A model generated the notes under the pieces. It was not told where the DNA came from, did no database searches, and worked only from the letters and a program-made list of their open reading frames with translations. DNA of 64,000 bases from an uncultured Eubacteriales bacterium (GTDB lineage Bacteria > Bacillota > Clostridia > Oscillospirales > UMGS1783): assembly GCA_934456365.1 (NCBI GenBank), contig CAKSHC010000005.1, positions 65,092 to 129,091 on the forward strand. The letters run 5' to 3'. Below, in pieces: positions 10,193-19,445 of the stretch (positions within the stretch are counted from its first letter, which is position 1; each line of letters opens with the position of its first letter). The translations under genes were made by a program, and so were the position numbers.

Positions 10193-11622
10193 AAATCGTC
10201 TTCGCGGCCAGCGAAGCGGCCCCCTATCTGAAAACCGGAGGCCTGGGCGACGTTGCCCAGGCCCTTCCCGCAGCGCTGGCGCGGCAGGCCGATACCGAGG
10301 TCTTCCTCTTTCTGCCCTATTACGGGAAAATGAAGGCCGATCCCTCCCTCCCGGTCGAATTCGTCAAAAGCTTCGGGGTCGATCTCTCCTGGCGCCGCCA
10401 GCACGTCGGCCTCTTCCGGGTGAAAAACCGCGCCCGAAAGCTGCGGGTCTATCTGATCGACAACGAATATTATTTCAAACGCGACGGGGTCTACGGCTAT
10501 CCCGACGACGGCGAGCGCTTCGCCTATTTCTCCCGCGCCCTGCTCGAAAGCCTCGTCCAGCTCGACCTGCACCCCGACGTCATCCATTGCAACGACTGGC
10601 AAACCGCTCTCGTCCCCCTCTTTCTGCATTCCTTCTACCAGGAATCCCTCGGCGGGGCGAAAACGGTCTTTTCCATCCATAATATCGAGTACCAGGGCAA
10701 AGCCGATCCCTATTTCATTCCCGATGTCCTCGGCCTGCCCGCCTCCTGCACCAACACCCTCCTCTTCGACGGCTGCGTCAACTTCCTCAAAAGCGCTATC
10801 CTTTCTTCCGATGCCGTCACCACCGTCAGCCGCACCTATGCCGAGGAGCTCTTCTATCCCTACTATGCCCACGGGCTCGACGGCGTGATCCGCGACCACG
10901 CCTTCAAGCTGCGCGGCATCGTCAACGGCATCGATGTAAAGCAGAATAACCCGGCCCACGATCCGAACCTCGCCCAGCCCTATACCGCGCAAACCCTGCG
11001 CGAGGGCAAGGCCGCCAACAAACGGGCCCTGCAGGAAAAAACGGGCCTTGCCCGGCGGGCGGACGTCCCCCTCATCGGCCTCGTTTCCCGCCTGGCCGAG
11101 CATAAGGGGCTCGATCTGATCGCCGCCGTGCTCGAAGAGCTGATGCGCTGGGATGTCCAGCTCTGCTTTTTGGGCACCGGGGAAGCGCGCTACGAGCGCC
11201 TGCTGCGCGACTGCGCCGCCGCCCATCCCGACCGCTTCTCCATGAACCTCGCCTTCAGCACCTCTCTTGCCTCGCAGATCTACGCCGCGTCAGACCTCTA
11301 TCTCATGCCCTCCAAAAGCGAGCCCTGCGGCCTGTCGCAGCTGATCGCCATGCGCTATGGCGCCGTCCCGGTCGTCCATGCCGTCGGCGGCCTGAAGGAT
11401 ACCGTTCCTCCCTATGAAGGCGAAACCGGCAGCGGATTTACCTTCCAGTCCTACAACGCCGGCGATATGCTCGGCGCCCTTTCCCGCGCCCTCGGCCTCT
11501 ACGGCGGCGACCGCCCGGCCTGGGACGCGCTCTGCGCCCGCAATATGCGCCGCGACTTCTCGTGGGACAAGCCCGCCCTCGAATACAGAAGCCTCTACAA
11601 CCAATTAACCGGTCAGGCATAA
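10189..11622 (+). CDS. glgA: Glycogen synthase (ADP-glucose type, GT5)
   Basis: Contains 'SEAAPYLKTGGLGDV'. ATGA overlap with the glgD stop. Confidence 0.9.
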   Translation: MKIVFAASEAAPYLKTGGLGDVAQALPAALARQADTEVFLFLPYYGKMKADPSLPVEFVKSFGVDLSWRRQHVGLFRVKNRARKLRVYLIDNEYYFKRDGVYGYPDDGERFAYFSRALLESLVQLDLHPDVIHCNDWQTALVPLFLHSFYQESLGGAKTVFSIHNIEYQGKADPYFIPDVLGLPASCTNTLLFDGCVNFLKSAILSSDAVTTVSRTYAEELFYPYYAHGLDGVIRDHAFKLRGIVNGIDVKQNNPAHDPNLAQPYTAQTLREGKAANKRALQEKTGLARRADVPLIGLVSRLAEHKGLDLIAAVLEELMRWDVQLCFLGTGEARYERLLRDCAAAHPDRFSMNLAFSTSLASQIYAASDLYLMPSKSEPCGLSQLIAMRYGAVPVVHAVGGLKDTVPPYEGETGSGFTFQSYNAGDMLGALSRALGLYGGDRPAWDALCARNMRRDFSWDKPALEYRSLYNQLTGQA

Positions 11623-11650
11623 ACTGGATAAAAAACGAAGGAGATCATCC

Positions 11651-14059
11651 ATGCAATTCGGCTCCCTTTCCCTGCTCGATAAGCTCAACGAAACCTCCGC
11701 CCGCCTTTTCAGCTGCTCCCTTGCGGAAGCCACCGAAAAGCAGGCCTATCAGACTGTCTGCACCTTTCTGCGCGAGCACCTCGCCGCCAAACGAAAGGAA
11801 TATACCGATTCCTTCCCCGAGAAAGGCCGTAAGCAGGTCTACTATATGTCGATGGAGTTTCTCGTCGGCACCTCTCTGCGCAACAACCTCTTCAACCTCG
11901 GCCTCGAGGAGGAAATGAAAAAGGTCCTCAAGGCCCAGGGGATCTGCCTCGAAAACCTCTATGAAATGGATCCCGATGCCGGCCTCGGCAACGGAGGCCT
12001 CGGCCGCCTCGCCTCCTGCTACCTCGATTCCCTCACCGGCGAGGAGCTGCCCGCTACCGGCTTTTCCATCCGCTATGAATTCGGCATCTTCAAGCAGAAG
12101 ATCATCGACGGCTGGCAGGTCGAATTCCCCGATAACTGGCTGGAAAACGGCGAGGTCTGGCTCCAGCCCCGCTACGACGAAAGCTATGAAATCAAATTCG
12201 GCGGCAAGATCGACGAGTGGTTCGACAACGGCCAGTTCCGCGTGGCCCAGTCGGGCTATCAGAGCGTCGTCGCCGTGCCGTATGATATGTATATCTCCGG
12301 TTACCACAGCAAGGCTGTCAATAAGCTCGTGCTCTGGAGCGCCAAGCTCCCGTCTTTCGATATGAATGCCTTCTCGCGCGGGGAATATGTCCGCTCCCTC
12401 GAGCAAAACACCATGGCCGAGGTCATCTCCAAGGTCCTCTATCCCGCCGATAACCATATCGAGGGCAAGCGCCTGCGCCTAAAGCAGCAGTACCTCCTCT
12501 GCTCGGCCTCTCTCCAGAGTATCCTTGCCGCCCACCTGAAAAAGCACGGCACCCTCGACAACCTGCCCGACTATGTCGCCATCCATATCAACGACACCCA
12601 TCCCGCCCTCTGCGTGCCCGAGCTGATGCGCCTCCTGATGGATGAGCATGGCTACGGCTGGGACGCCGCCTGGGCCATCGCGCAGGCCACCCTTTCCTAT
12701 ACCAACCATACCGTCATGAGCGAGGCGCTCGAGCGCTGGAGCGAGTGGCTCTTTGCCGAGCAGCTCCCGCGCGTCTATTCCATCGTCCGCGAAATCAACC
12801 GCCGCCTCACCGAAAAGCTCTCCCAGGCCTATCCGGGCGATACCGGCAAGATCGAGTATATGTCGGTCATCGCCGGCGGGGAAGTGCGCATGGCCAACCT
12901 CTGCCTGGCCTGCTGCCATAAGATCAACGGCGTGTCCAAGCTCCATACCGAAATTCTGGAAAACAGCATCTTCCATGATTATTATGTCCTCAAGCCCGAT
13001 CGCTTCCTCAACGTCACCAACGGCATCGCCTACCGCCGCTGGCTCTGCCAGTCCAATCCCGAGCTCTCGGCCTACCTCCAGAAGCGCATCGGAAAGGGCT
13101 TTTTGAAGGACGCCAACGCCCTCGAAGCCCTTCTCAAGGATCGCGACGATCCCCAAACCCTCCAGGACCTCACCGTCATCAAGCGCCATAATAAGGAACG
13201 GCTGTGCTGCCTAGTCGCCGAGCGCAACGGGATCTCCCTCGACCCCGATTCCCTTTTTGACGTTCAGATCAAGCGCCTGCACGAGTATAAGCGCCAGCTC
13301 CTCAATGTGCTTCAGATCCTGCACCTGTACTGCGAGATCAAGAACAATCCCTCCGCCGCCTTCACCCCCCGCACCTTCATCTTCGGCGCCAAGGCCTCGG
13401 CCGGATACGACCTTGCCAAGCAGATCATCAGCCTGATCGTTGCCGTGGCCGATTTTATCAACGCCGACCCCGTCGTGCGCGACCGGCTCCGGGTCGTCTT
13501 CATCGAGGATTATAAGGTGTCGCTCGCCGAGATCATCATCCCCGCCGCCGAAATCTCCGAGCAGATCTCCATCGCCGGAAAAGAAGCCTCGGGCACGAGC
13601 AATATGAAGCTGATGATCAACGGCGCCGTCACCCTCGGCACCCTCGATGGCGCCAACGTCGAGATCTTCGAGCGGGTCGGAAAAGAGAATATGTTCCTCT
13701 TCGGCCTCACGGTCGACCAGGTGCGCGACCTTTGGGCCCGCGGCTATAACCCCGGCGATTACCTCGCCAGCGATCCCCGCCTGAAAGAGGTCATCGGCAT
13801 GCTCACCAGCGGCATTCTGGGCAAAAAGTTCGACGAGATCGCCGCCAGCCTGCTCACCAACCGCTACGGCGTGGCCGACCAGTATATGACCTGCGCCGAC
13901 TTTTCGGATTATGTTCGCGCCCAGCAGGAGGTGTCGGAAGCCTATCGCGACCGGACCCGCTTTGCCAAAATGTCCCTGACCAACATCGCCCGCGCCGGCG
14001 TCTTCTCGGCCGACCGTTCGGTGCTGGAATACGCCGAGAAAATCTGGAATCTGAAATAA
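11651..14059 (+). CDS. glgP: Glycogen/maltodextrin phosphorylase (GT35)
   Basis: 802 aa with the PLP-lysine motif 'EASGTSNMK'. Confidence 0.9.
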   Translation: MQFGSLSLLDKLNETSARLFSCSLAEATEKQAYQTVCTFLREHLAAKRKEYTDSFPEKGRKQVYYMSMEFLVGTSLRNNLFNLGLEEEMKKVLKAQGICLENLYEMDPDAGLGNGGLGRLASCYLDSLTGEELPATGFSIRYEFGIFKQKIIDGWQVEFPDNWLENGEVWLQPRYDESYEIKFGGKIDEWFDNGQFRVAQSGYQSVVAVPYDMYISGYHSKAVNKLVLWSAKLPSFDMNAFSRGEYVRSLEQNTMAEVISKVLYPADNHIEGKRLRLKQQYLLCSASLQSILAAHLKKHGTLDNLPDYVAIHINDTHPALCVPELMRLLMDEHGYGWDAAWAIAQATLSYTNHTVMSEALERWSEWLFAEQLPRVYSIVREINRRLTEKLSQAYPGDTGKIEYMSVIAGGEVRMANLCLACCHKINGVSKLHTEILENSIFHDYYVLKPDRFLNVTNGIAYRRWLCQSNPELSAYLQKRIGKGFLKDANALEALLKDRDDPQTLQDLTVIKRHNKERLCCLVAERNGISLDPDSLFDVQIKRLHEYKRQLLNVLQILHLYCEIKNNPSAAFTPRTFIFGAKASAGYDLAKQIISLIVAVADFINADPVVRDRLRVVFIEDYKVSLAEIIIPAAEISEQISIAGKEASGTSNMKLMINGAVTLGTLDGANVEIFERVGKENMFLFGLTVDQVRDLWARGYNPGDYLASDPRLKEVIGMLTSGILGKKFDEIAASLLTNRYGVADQYMTCADFSDYVRAQQEVSEAYRDRTRFAKMSLTNIARAGVFSADRSVLEYAEKIWNLK

Positions 14060-15927
14060 TGCGCATCCTCTACGACAGCAAAAACCCCTTTTATAAAGAT
14101 CCCTTCGGCCCTTTGAAGGAAGAGCAGGAGTGTCGCGTCCGCATCCGCATTCCCGAATCCTGCCGCACCATCACGGTCGAGATCCGTCTGGAAAACGAAG
14201 CCGGCAGGGAGCTTGCCTTCCTCCTCGAAAAGGAGGCGGTCGAAGGCCCCTACGGCCTCTGGTCCGGCACCTTTTCGCTGAGTGAGCCCGGCCTCTTCTT
14301 CTACCGCTTCTTCCTCCACACCGAAACGACCGACTTCTCCCTCTTCAAGCAGGGCTACGACCAAACCAATATGGAAGCAGGGGAGAAGTGGCAGCTTTCC
14401 TGCCTCCCGAAGGATTTCCATGTCCCCGGCTTCTATGCCGGAAAGGTCATGTATCAGATCTTTCCCGACCGGTTCTGCCGCGCCGGCCATGTCAATCTGC
14501 ATGGGAAGCTCAAGCCCTATACCGTCCACGAGAGAGAAACCGAAACGCCCCAGTGGCGCCCCGACCAGGAAGGCCGTGTGCTCAACAACGACTTCTTCGG
14601 AGGCACCCTGCGCGGCATCGAGAAAAAGCTGCCCTACCTCGCCTCCCTCGGCGTGTCGGTGCTCTACCTCAACCCCATCTTCAAAGCCTTCTCCAACCAC
14701 CGCTACGATACCGCGGATTATAAGAAAATCGACGAAATGCTCGGCACCGAGCGCCAGTTCCGCTCCCTCTGCCGCAGCGCCCATGAGTACGGCATGCGCG
14801 TCATCCTCGACGGGGTCTTCTCCCATACCGGCTCCAACAGCCGTTATTTCGATAAGGAAAAGGCCTTCGGCGGCCACGGCGCCTATTGCGATCCCGATTC
14901 TCCCTACCGCTCCTGGTACGATTTCCAGGAGTATCCCGACCGCTATACCGCCTGGTGGGGGATCGACACGCTCCCCTGCGTCAACGAGCTCGACGAAAGC
15001 TTCCTCCAATTTATCATCGACGGGGAAGACAGCGTCATCGCCCACTGGCTGCGCGCCGGAGCGGACGGGTTCCGCCTCGACGTGGCCGACGAGCTGCCCG
15101 ACGCTTTTATCGCCCGCCTGCGCCGCCGCATGAAGGAGATCGACCCGCAGGCCCTTCTCATCGGCGAGGTCTGGGAAGACGCCTCCAATAAATGCAGCTA
15201 CAATGTCCGCCGCCGCTATTTCACGGGCGGCGAGCTCGATTCGGTGATGAATTATCCCTTCCGCCGCGCCCTGATCGATTTCGTCACCGGGCGCGACGGG
15301 GGAGAGGCCCTGCGCGACACCGTCATGTCCATCGCGGAAAATTATCCGCCCGAGGTGCTGCAAACCCTCATGAACTTCCTCTCCACCCACGATACCCCCC
15401 GGATCCTCACCCTGCTCGGCTGCCCCAATCCGCCCGAGCGTAAGGAAGACCGCGCCGCCTTCCGCCTCTCGCCCGAGAGCCGGGAGCTCGCCCTCAAACG
15501 CCTTTTCTGCGCCGCTTTCCTGCAGTTTTCGCTGCCGGGCATGCCCTGCCTCTATTATGGGGATGAAATCGGTATGGAAGGCTTCGAAGACCCCTTCTGC
15601 CGCGGCTTCTTCGAGTGGGAAACGGCAGAGGAAAGCCCCCTGCCCGCCTTCTTTTCCGAGCTTTCCGCCCTGCGCGCCGCCCATCCCGCCCTGTGGGAGG
15701 GAAGCGTCCGGGTGGAAACCAACGGCGCCGGCGTGGTCGCCGTTGCCCGCCAAAACCATCGCGAAAGCCTGCGCGCCGTTGTCAATGCCTCTCCCCACCC
15801 CGCCACGCTGACCCCCACCGGCGAGATCCTCTTTTCCCATGAAGCGGTGCGCGGTGCGGAAAATCTGGTCCTGCCTCCGTATGGATTTTTTATGGAGTCT
15901 TTGCAAGAAGAAAGGAATATCCAATGA
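14059..15927 (+). CDS. GH13 alpha-glycosidase (neopullulanase/cyclomaltodextrinase-like), no signal peptide
   Basis: GH13 regions 'GFRLDVADEL', 'GEVWED' and 'LSTHDT'. TAATG overlap with the glgP stop. Confidence 0.8.
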   Translation: MRILYDSKNPFYKDPFGPLKEEQECRVRIRIPESCRTITVEIRLENEAGRELAFLLEKEAVEGPYGLWSGTFSLSEPGLFFYRFFLHTETTDFSLFKQGYDQTNMEAGEKWQLSCLPKDFHVPGFYAGKVMYQIFPDRFCRAGHVNLHGKLKPYTVHERETETPQWRPDQEGRVLNNDFFGGTLRGIEKKLPYLASLGVSVLYLNPIFKAFSNHRYDTADYKKIDEMLGTERQFRSLCRSAHEYGMRVILDGVFSHTGSNSRYFDKEKAFGGHGAYCDPDSPYRSWYDFQEYPDRYTAWWGIDTLPCVNELDESFLQFIIDGEDSVIAHWLRAGADGFRLDVADELPDAFIARLRRRMKEIDPQALLIGEVWEDASNKCSYNVRRRYFTGGELDSVMNYPFRRALIDFVTGRDGGEALRDTVMSIAENYPPEVLQTLMNFLSTHDTPRILTLLGCPNPPERKEDRAAFRLSPESRELALKRLFCAAFLQFSLPGMPCLYYGDEIGMEGFEDPFCRGFFEWETAEESPLPAFFSELSALRAAHPALWEGSVRVETNGAGVVAVARQNHRESLRAVVNASPHPATLTPTGEILFSHEAVRGAENLVLPPYGFFMESLQEERNIQ

Positions 15928-16856
15928 GAAAACAAGCCAAACCGTTCGCCTTTTCCTGGCCCCCGTTGGTCGCCGGCATCTCCCTCTTTCTCGCCGCCCT
16001 GATGGGGCTGACCGCCGCCCTTTTCTATCAGCCTCCCGTCGAAAGCGATACCCCCACTCCCTCCACCGTCACCGTGGAAGACGTGGTCAAAGCCACCCGT
16101 TCCTCCGCCCTGAAAAAGCTCATCAGCTTCAGCGCCGAGCGGGAAAACCTCCAAACCGGCGAAAAATCGATCGCCTATGTCGACCAGCGCTCCTACTACA
16201 GCGAGCAGTTCGGCGCCGCCACCTTGTATGATGGCGATTTCTGCGCCCGCGAGGAAAACGGGAGCTACACCGAAATCCTTTTCCCCACCGAGGATCAGCG
16301 CCGCGCCGCCCTCGCGGATTTCGACCAGATCTTCTTTGATGAGGAGCTTGCCCTGAAAGAGATCATCAAATCCCGCGTCCTCGACGTCGACCGCGTCCTG
16401 CTTACCACGGAAATGACCAAATCCGATTCCGAGGCCATCCTCAAGCGCGACCGCTATGAAGCACCGCGCGGCGTCTATTTCTCCATTGAGTACGTGCTCG
16501 ACGCCCAAACCTTCCGCCTGCTCGAGCGGGTGGAAAAGCTGCACTCCTTCGGCAGCGTCCGGGAGTATTCCCGTCTCACGGCCAACTACGACGCCGATCC
16601 CCCCGAGGGCATTTCCCGCATCCGCTCTCATATGATCGAGAGCGAGCTGCGCACCGTGATAATCATCACTCCTTCCGAAACCGGAACCGTAGTCGTCTCC
16701 GGCCTCGCCCGCGTCGGCGACCGGGCGGAGGTCGTCGTCCCGGAGGGCTTTGCGCTCTATTCCGATCCCGAAGGGAAAATCCCCTTTGAAAAGGAAACCG
16801 ACCTGCGCGCCGCCAACACCACGCTCTACCTCTTCCCCCAGGCGAATAAAGCCTAA
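15924..16856 (+). CDS. Hypothetical membrane-anchored protein (one N-terminal TM, about 270-aa extracytoplasmic part)
   Basis: TM segment 'PPLVAGISLFLAALMGLTAALFY'. ATGA overlap with the GH13 stop. No family motif recognised. Confidence 0.6.
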   Translation: MRKQAKPFAFSWPPLVAGISLFLAALMGLTAALFYQPPVESDTPTPSTVTVEDVVKATRSSALKKLISFSAERENLQTGEKSIAYVDQRSYYSEQFGAATLYDGDFCAREENGSYTEILFPTEDQRRAALADFDQIFFDEELALKEIIKSRVLDVDRVLLTTEMTKSDSEAILKRDRYEAPRGVYFSIEYVLDAQTFRLLERVEKLHSFGSVREYSRLTANYDADPPEGISRIRSHMIESELRTVIIITPSETGTVVVSGLARVGDRAEVVVPEGFALYSDPEGKIPFEKETDLRAANTTLYLFPQANKA

Positions 16857-16860
16857 AAAA

Positions 16861-16893
16861 GAAGCGGATCGAAAGATCCGCTTCTTTCTTTTT
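16861..16893. terminator. Bidirectional terminator
   Basis: Stem gaagcggatc / gatccgcttc with loop gaaa, flanked by aaaaaa and tttcttttt. Confidence 0.75.
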
Positions 16894-17641
16894 AGAAGAA
16901 CAGCTCCCGCAAAACCCCAATGAGAAACAGGTGCAGCGGGTAGTAAAGATAGAAAAACCATTTCATCCCCCGGTTCACAGCCGGATTCTCGCCCAGCTTT
17001 CCGTTGTAAAGCCGCAGAAGCGGCACCGAAAGCACCACCCCCAGCTGCAAAAGCCCGTAAACCGGATCGATCGCCAAGCAGTAAACCAAAGCGTAAAGCC
17101 CCACATAGAAAAGGCACCATAGAATCTGCGCCCGCGGCTTGCCCCGGTTTTGCCCGATGGAAAGAATGCAGAGCGCGGCAATGCAGCTCCAGTCGGCCGG
17201 CAAAGTCAGCAAACAGATCAGAACCACCAGAAGGATCTTCGCCCATTCCTTCAGCTTCCCGCTGTCGCACACTCGCAGCATCCATAACCCGCCCAGAAGC
17301 GACCACACAACCCCCGTCTGATTGAGTACGCCCCCGTAGTAGAAGGGGAGAAAGGAGTGCCAGTCCTGAAATCCGTTGGAGGCAAACACATAGGCAAAAT
17401 GCGAAACCAGCGCCAAAATCGTCAGCCGCGCCGTGTAGCGGCGCACATCCCGCGTGTAATGATATCCCTCGGCAATGAAAAAGCACATGATCGGACAGGT
17501 CAGCCGCCCGATCAGATGCAGGAAAAGCGGCAGCGCCTCCCGCGGATACCCCGGAAAAAGCAGCCAGGCCGTATGATCGATGGTCATGGCAAGAATGGCA
17601 ATCAGCTTGAGGTGATTGGCGTTGAGTTTTTTCTGCGGCAT
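16892..17641 (-). CDS. TraX family membrane protein
   Basis: 'LKLIAILAMTIDHTAWLLFP' at the N-terminus and a polytopic profile are typical of the TraX family. Confidence 0.7.
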   Translation of the reverse strand: MPQKKLNANHLKLIAILAMTIDHTAWLLFPGYPREALPLFLHLIGRLTCPIMCFFIAEGYHYTRDVRRYTARLTILALVSHFAYVFASNGFQDWHSFLPFYYGGVLNQTGVVWSLLGGLWMLRVCDSGKLKEWAKILLVVLICLLTLPADWSCIAALCILSIGQNRGKPRAQILWCLFYVGLYALVYCLAIDPVYGLLQLGVVLSVPLLRLYNGKLGENPAVNRGMKWFFYLYYPLHLFLIGVLRELFF

Positions 17642-17747
17642 ACAGCGCCCTCCCGGTAATGTTCTGCCCCTATTGTATACCGGATCCGAGCGCCTGACAA
17701 GCCGAAATTGCGCAAGAGAAAAAGAACCGGTTTTTTATAAAAAACCA

Positions 17748-17776
17748 TTGAGCTGGGTATGCGTTTGTGGTATAAT
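17748..17776 (+). promoter_or_regulatory. Candidate promoter of the LysR gene
   Basis: TTGAGC, 17-nt spacer, extended -10 TGgTATAAT. Confidence 0.5.
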
Positions 17777-17842
17777 GCTAATACCATATTGGCATGGCTC
17801 TTCTCCCGTTTGCCGTGCCGGGCCGGACAAGGGGGCGATGCT

Positions 17843-18781
17843 TTGAACCTTTTGCATATGAAATATGCCGTCGTGGTCGCCGAAACGCATTCCATCAACA
17901 AAGCGGCCGAGAAGCTTTTCGTCGGGCAGCCGGCGCTTTCCCGCGCCATCAAGGAGCTCGAATCCAGTTTGGGCGTCCAGCTTTTTGAGCGCTCCTCCCG
18001 CGGCATGGTCCTCACCCCCAACGGCGAGCTTTTTGTCACCCATGCCAAAAATGTCCTCCGACAGGTCGATGAAATGGAGCGCCTCTTTTCGGTGGAGAGC
18101 ACCCGCAAAATGCGCTTTTCGCTTTCCGCCCCCCGCGCTTCCTACATCGCCGACGCCTTTACCCGCTTTTCCGCTCGTATCGGCTCGCAGGAGCCGGTCG
18201 AGCTCTTTTATATGGAAACCAATTCCCTCCAGGCCATCACCAATCTCTTGAACGAGGATTATAAGCTCGGTATCGTCCGGTATGCCGAAAAGTACGATAA
18301 ATATTATGAAGTCATGATGGAGGAAAAGGGCCTGGATCATCGCCTCGTCACCTCCTTCCGCTTCCGCCTGGTCTTCGGCTCGCAAAGCCCCCTTGCCAAA
18401 AAGAAGAAAATCACCCTCGAGGATCTGCGCGATCTGACCGAAATCGCCCATGCCGATCCCTATGTCCCCTCGCTTCCCGTGACCGAGGTCAGAAAAGAGG
18501 AATTGCCCGAAACCGCCGCCCGGCGGATCTTCGTTTTCGAGCGCGCCACCCAGTTTTCCCTCCTGTCCGAAAACCCCGCCACCTATATGTGGGTTTCGGC
18601 CATTCCGCAATCGCTGCTCGATCGCTATGACCTTTTGATCCGCCCCTGCGAGGAAAACCGGCGGGTCTATCAGGATATTCTCGTCAGCCGGAAAGACGAG
18701 CCCCTTTCCGAGCTGGACAGGCTGTTTATCGATGAGCTTTCCCGCGAAAAGCAGGAGCTCTTTGGGGGTGAAGCTTTATGA
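17843..18781 (+). CDS. LysR family transcriptional regulator
   Basis: HTH 'INKAAEKLFVGQPALSRAIKELE'. A TTG start at 17843 gives 'MNLLHMKYAVVV', typical of LysR; ATG 17858 is the alternative. Confidence 0.8.
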   Translation: MNLLHMKYAVVVAETHSINKAAEKLFVGQPALSRAIKELESSLGVQLFERSSRGMVLTPNGELFVTHAKNVLRQVDEMERLFSVESTRKMRFSLSAPRASYIADAFTRFSARIGSQEPVELFYMETNSLQAITNLLNEDYKLGIVRYAEKYDKYYEVMMEEKGLDHRLVTSFRFRLVFGSQSPLAKKKKITLEDLRDLTEIAHADPYVPSLPVTEVRKEELPETAARRIFVFERATQFSLLSENPATYMWVSAIPQSLLDRYDLLIRPCEENRRVYQDILVSRKDEPLSELDRLFIDELSREKQELFGGEAL

Positions 18782-19320
18782 AATGGATGATCGCTTCCGA
18801 TATCCACGGCAGCGCTTTTTATTGCCGTCAGATGCTGGAGCGCTACCGGGCCGAAAAGGCCGACCGGCTCCTGCTCCTGGGCGACCTCCTCTACCACGGC
18901 CCCCGCAATGACCTGCCGAAAGAGTATGCCCCCAAGGAGGTCATTGCCCTGCTCAACCCGTTGAAAAACGAGCTCCTCTGCGTGCGCGGCAACTGCGAAG
19001 CCGAAGTCGACCAGATGGTCCTCCAATTCCCGGTTCTGGCCGAATATGCCCTCCTTTCCCTCGATTCCCGCCTGCTTTTCGCCACCCATGGCCACCACTT
19101 CGGAAAGGATAACCCCCCGCCCCTCAAACCGGGCGACCTCCTCCTCTGCGGCCATACCCATATCCCCGCCTGCGAGCCCGCGGGGGAAATCACCTACCTC
19201 AACCCCGGCTCGGTTTCCATCCCCAAGGAGGGGAGTCCGCATTCGTATATGACGCTGGAAAACGGGCTCTTCCTCTGGAAATCCCTGGACGGAGAAGAGT
19301 ACCGGCGCTTTTCGCTCTGA
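18778..19320 (+). CDS. YfcE-type metallophosphoesterase (phosphodiesterase)
   Basis: Motifs 'SDIHGS', 'GDLLYHGPRN', 'VRGNCE' and 'GHTH'. ATGA overlap with the lysR stop. Confidence 0.8.
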   Translation: MKWMIASDIHGSAFYCRQMLERYRAEKADRLLLLGDLLYHGPRNDLPKEYAPKEVIALLNPLKNELLCVRGNCEAEVDQMVLQFPVLAEYALLSLDSRLLFATHGHHFGKDNPPPLKPGDLLLCGHTHIPACEPAGEITYLNPGSVSIPKEGSPHSYMTLENGLFLWKSLDGEEYRRFSL

Positions 19321-19395
19321 GATATATCGATAGATAGCATAACGGATATGAATTAGAGGCAATTCCCAAAACCCGAAACGTGTGATATTATGCAG

Positions 19396-19415
19396 TTGTT
19401 CCGAAAAGAGAACAA
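19396..19415. promoter_or_regulatory. Inverted repeat TTGTTC-N8-GAACAA between a -10-like element and the adh RBS (candidate operator)
   Basis: ttgttccgaaaagagaacaa lies just downstream of 'tgtgatatta'. It resembles a Rex half-site (TTGT...ACAA) but is 2 nt longer than the 18-bp consensus. Confidence 0.35.
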
Positions 19416-19445
19416 AATTTTCTCAGAATTTGGAGGACAACGGTT

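Noticed and set aside
16892-17641. A possible functional link between TraX (a homolog of the F-pilin N-acetylase) and the TasA-like fibre genes.
   Set aside because: The genes are 10 kb apart and separated by unrelated operons. TraX-family genes are widespread in Firmicutes without pilin partners, and nothing in the sequence supports a link.
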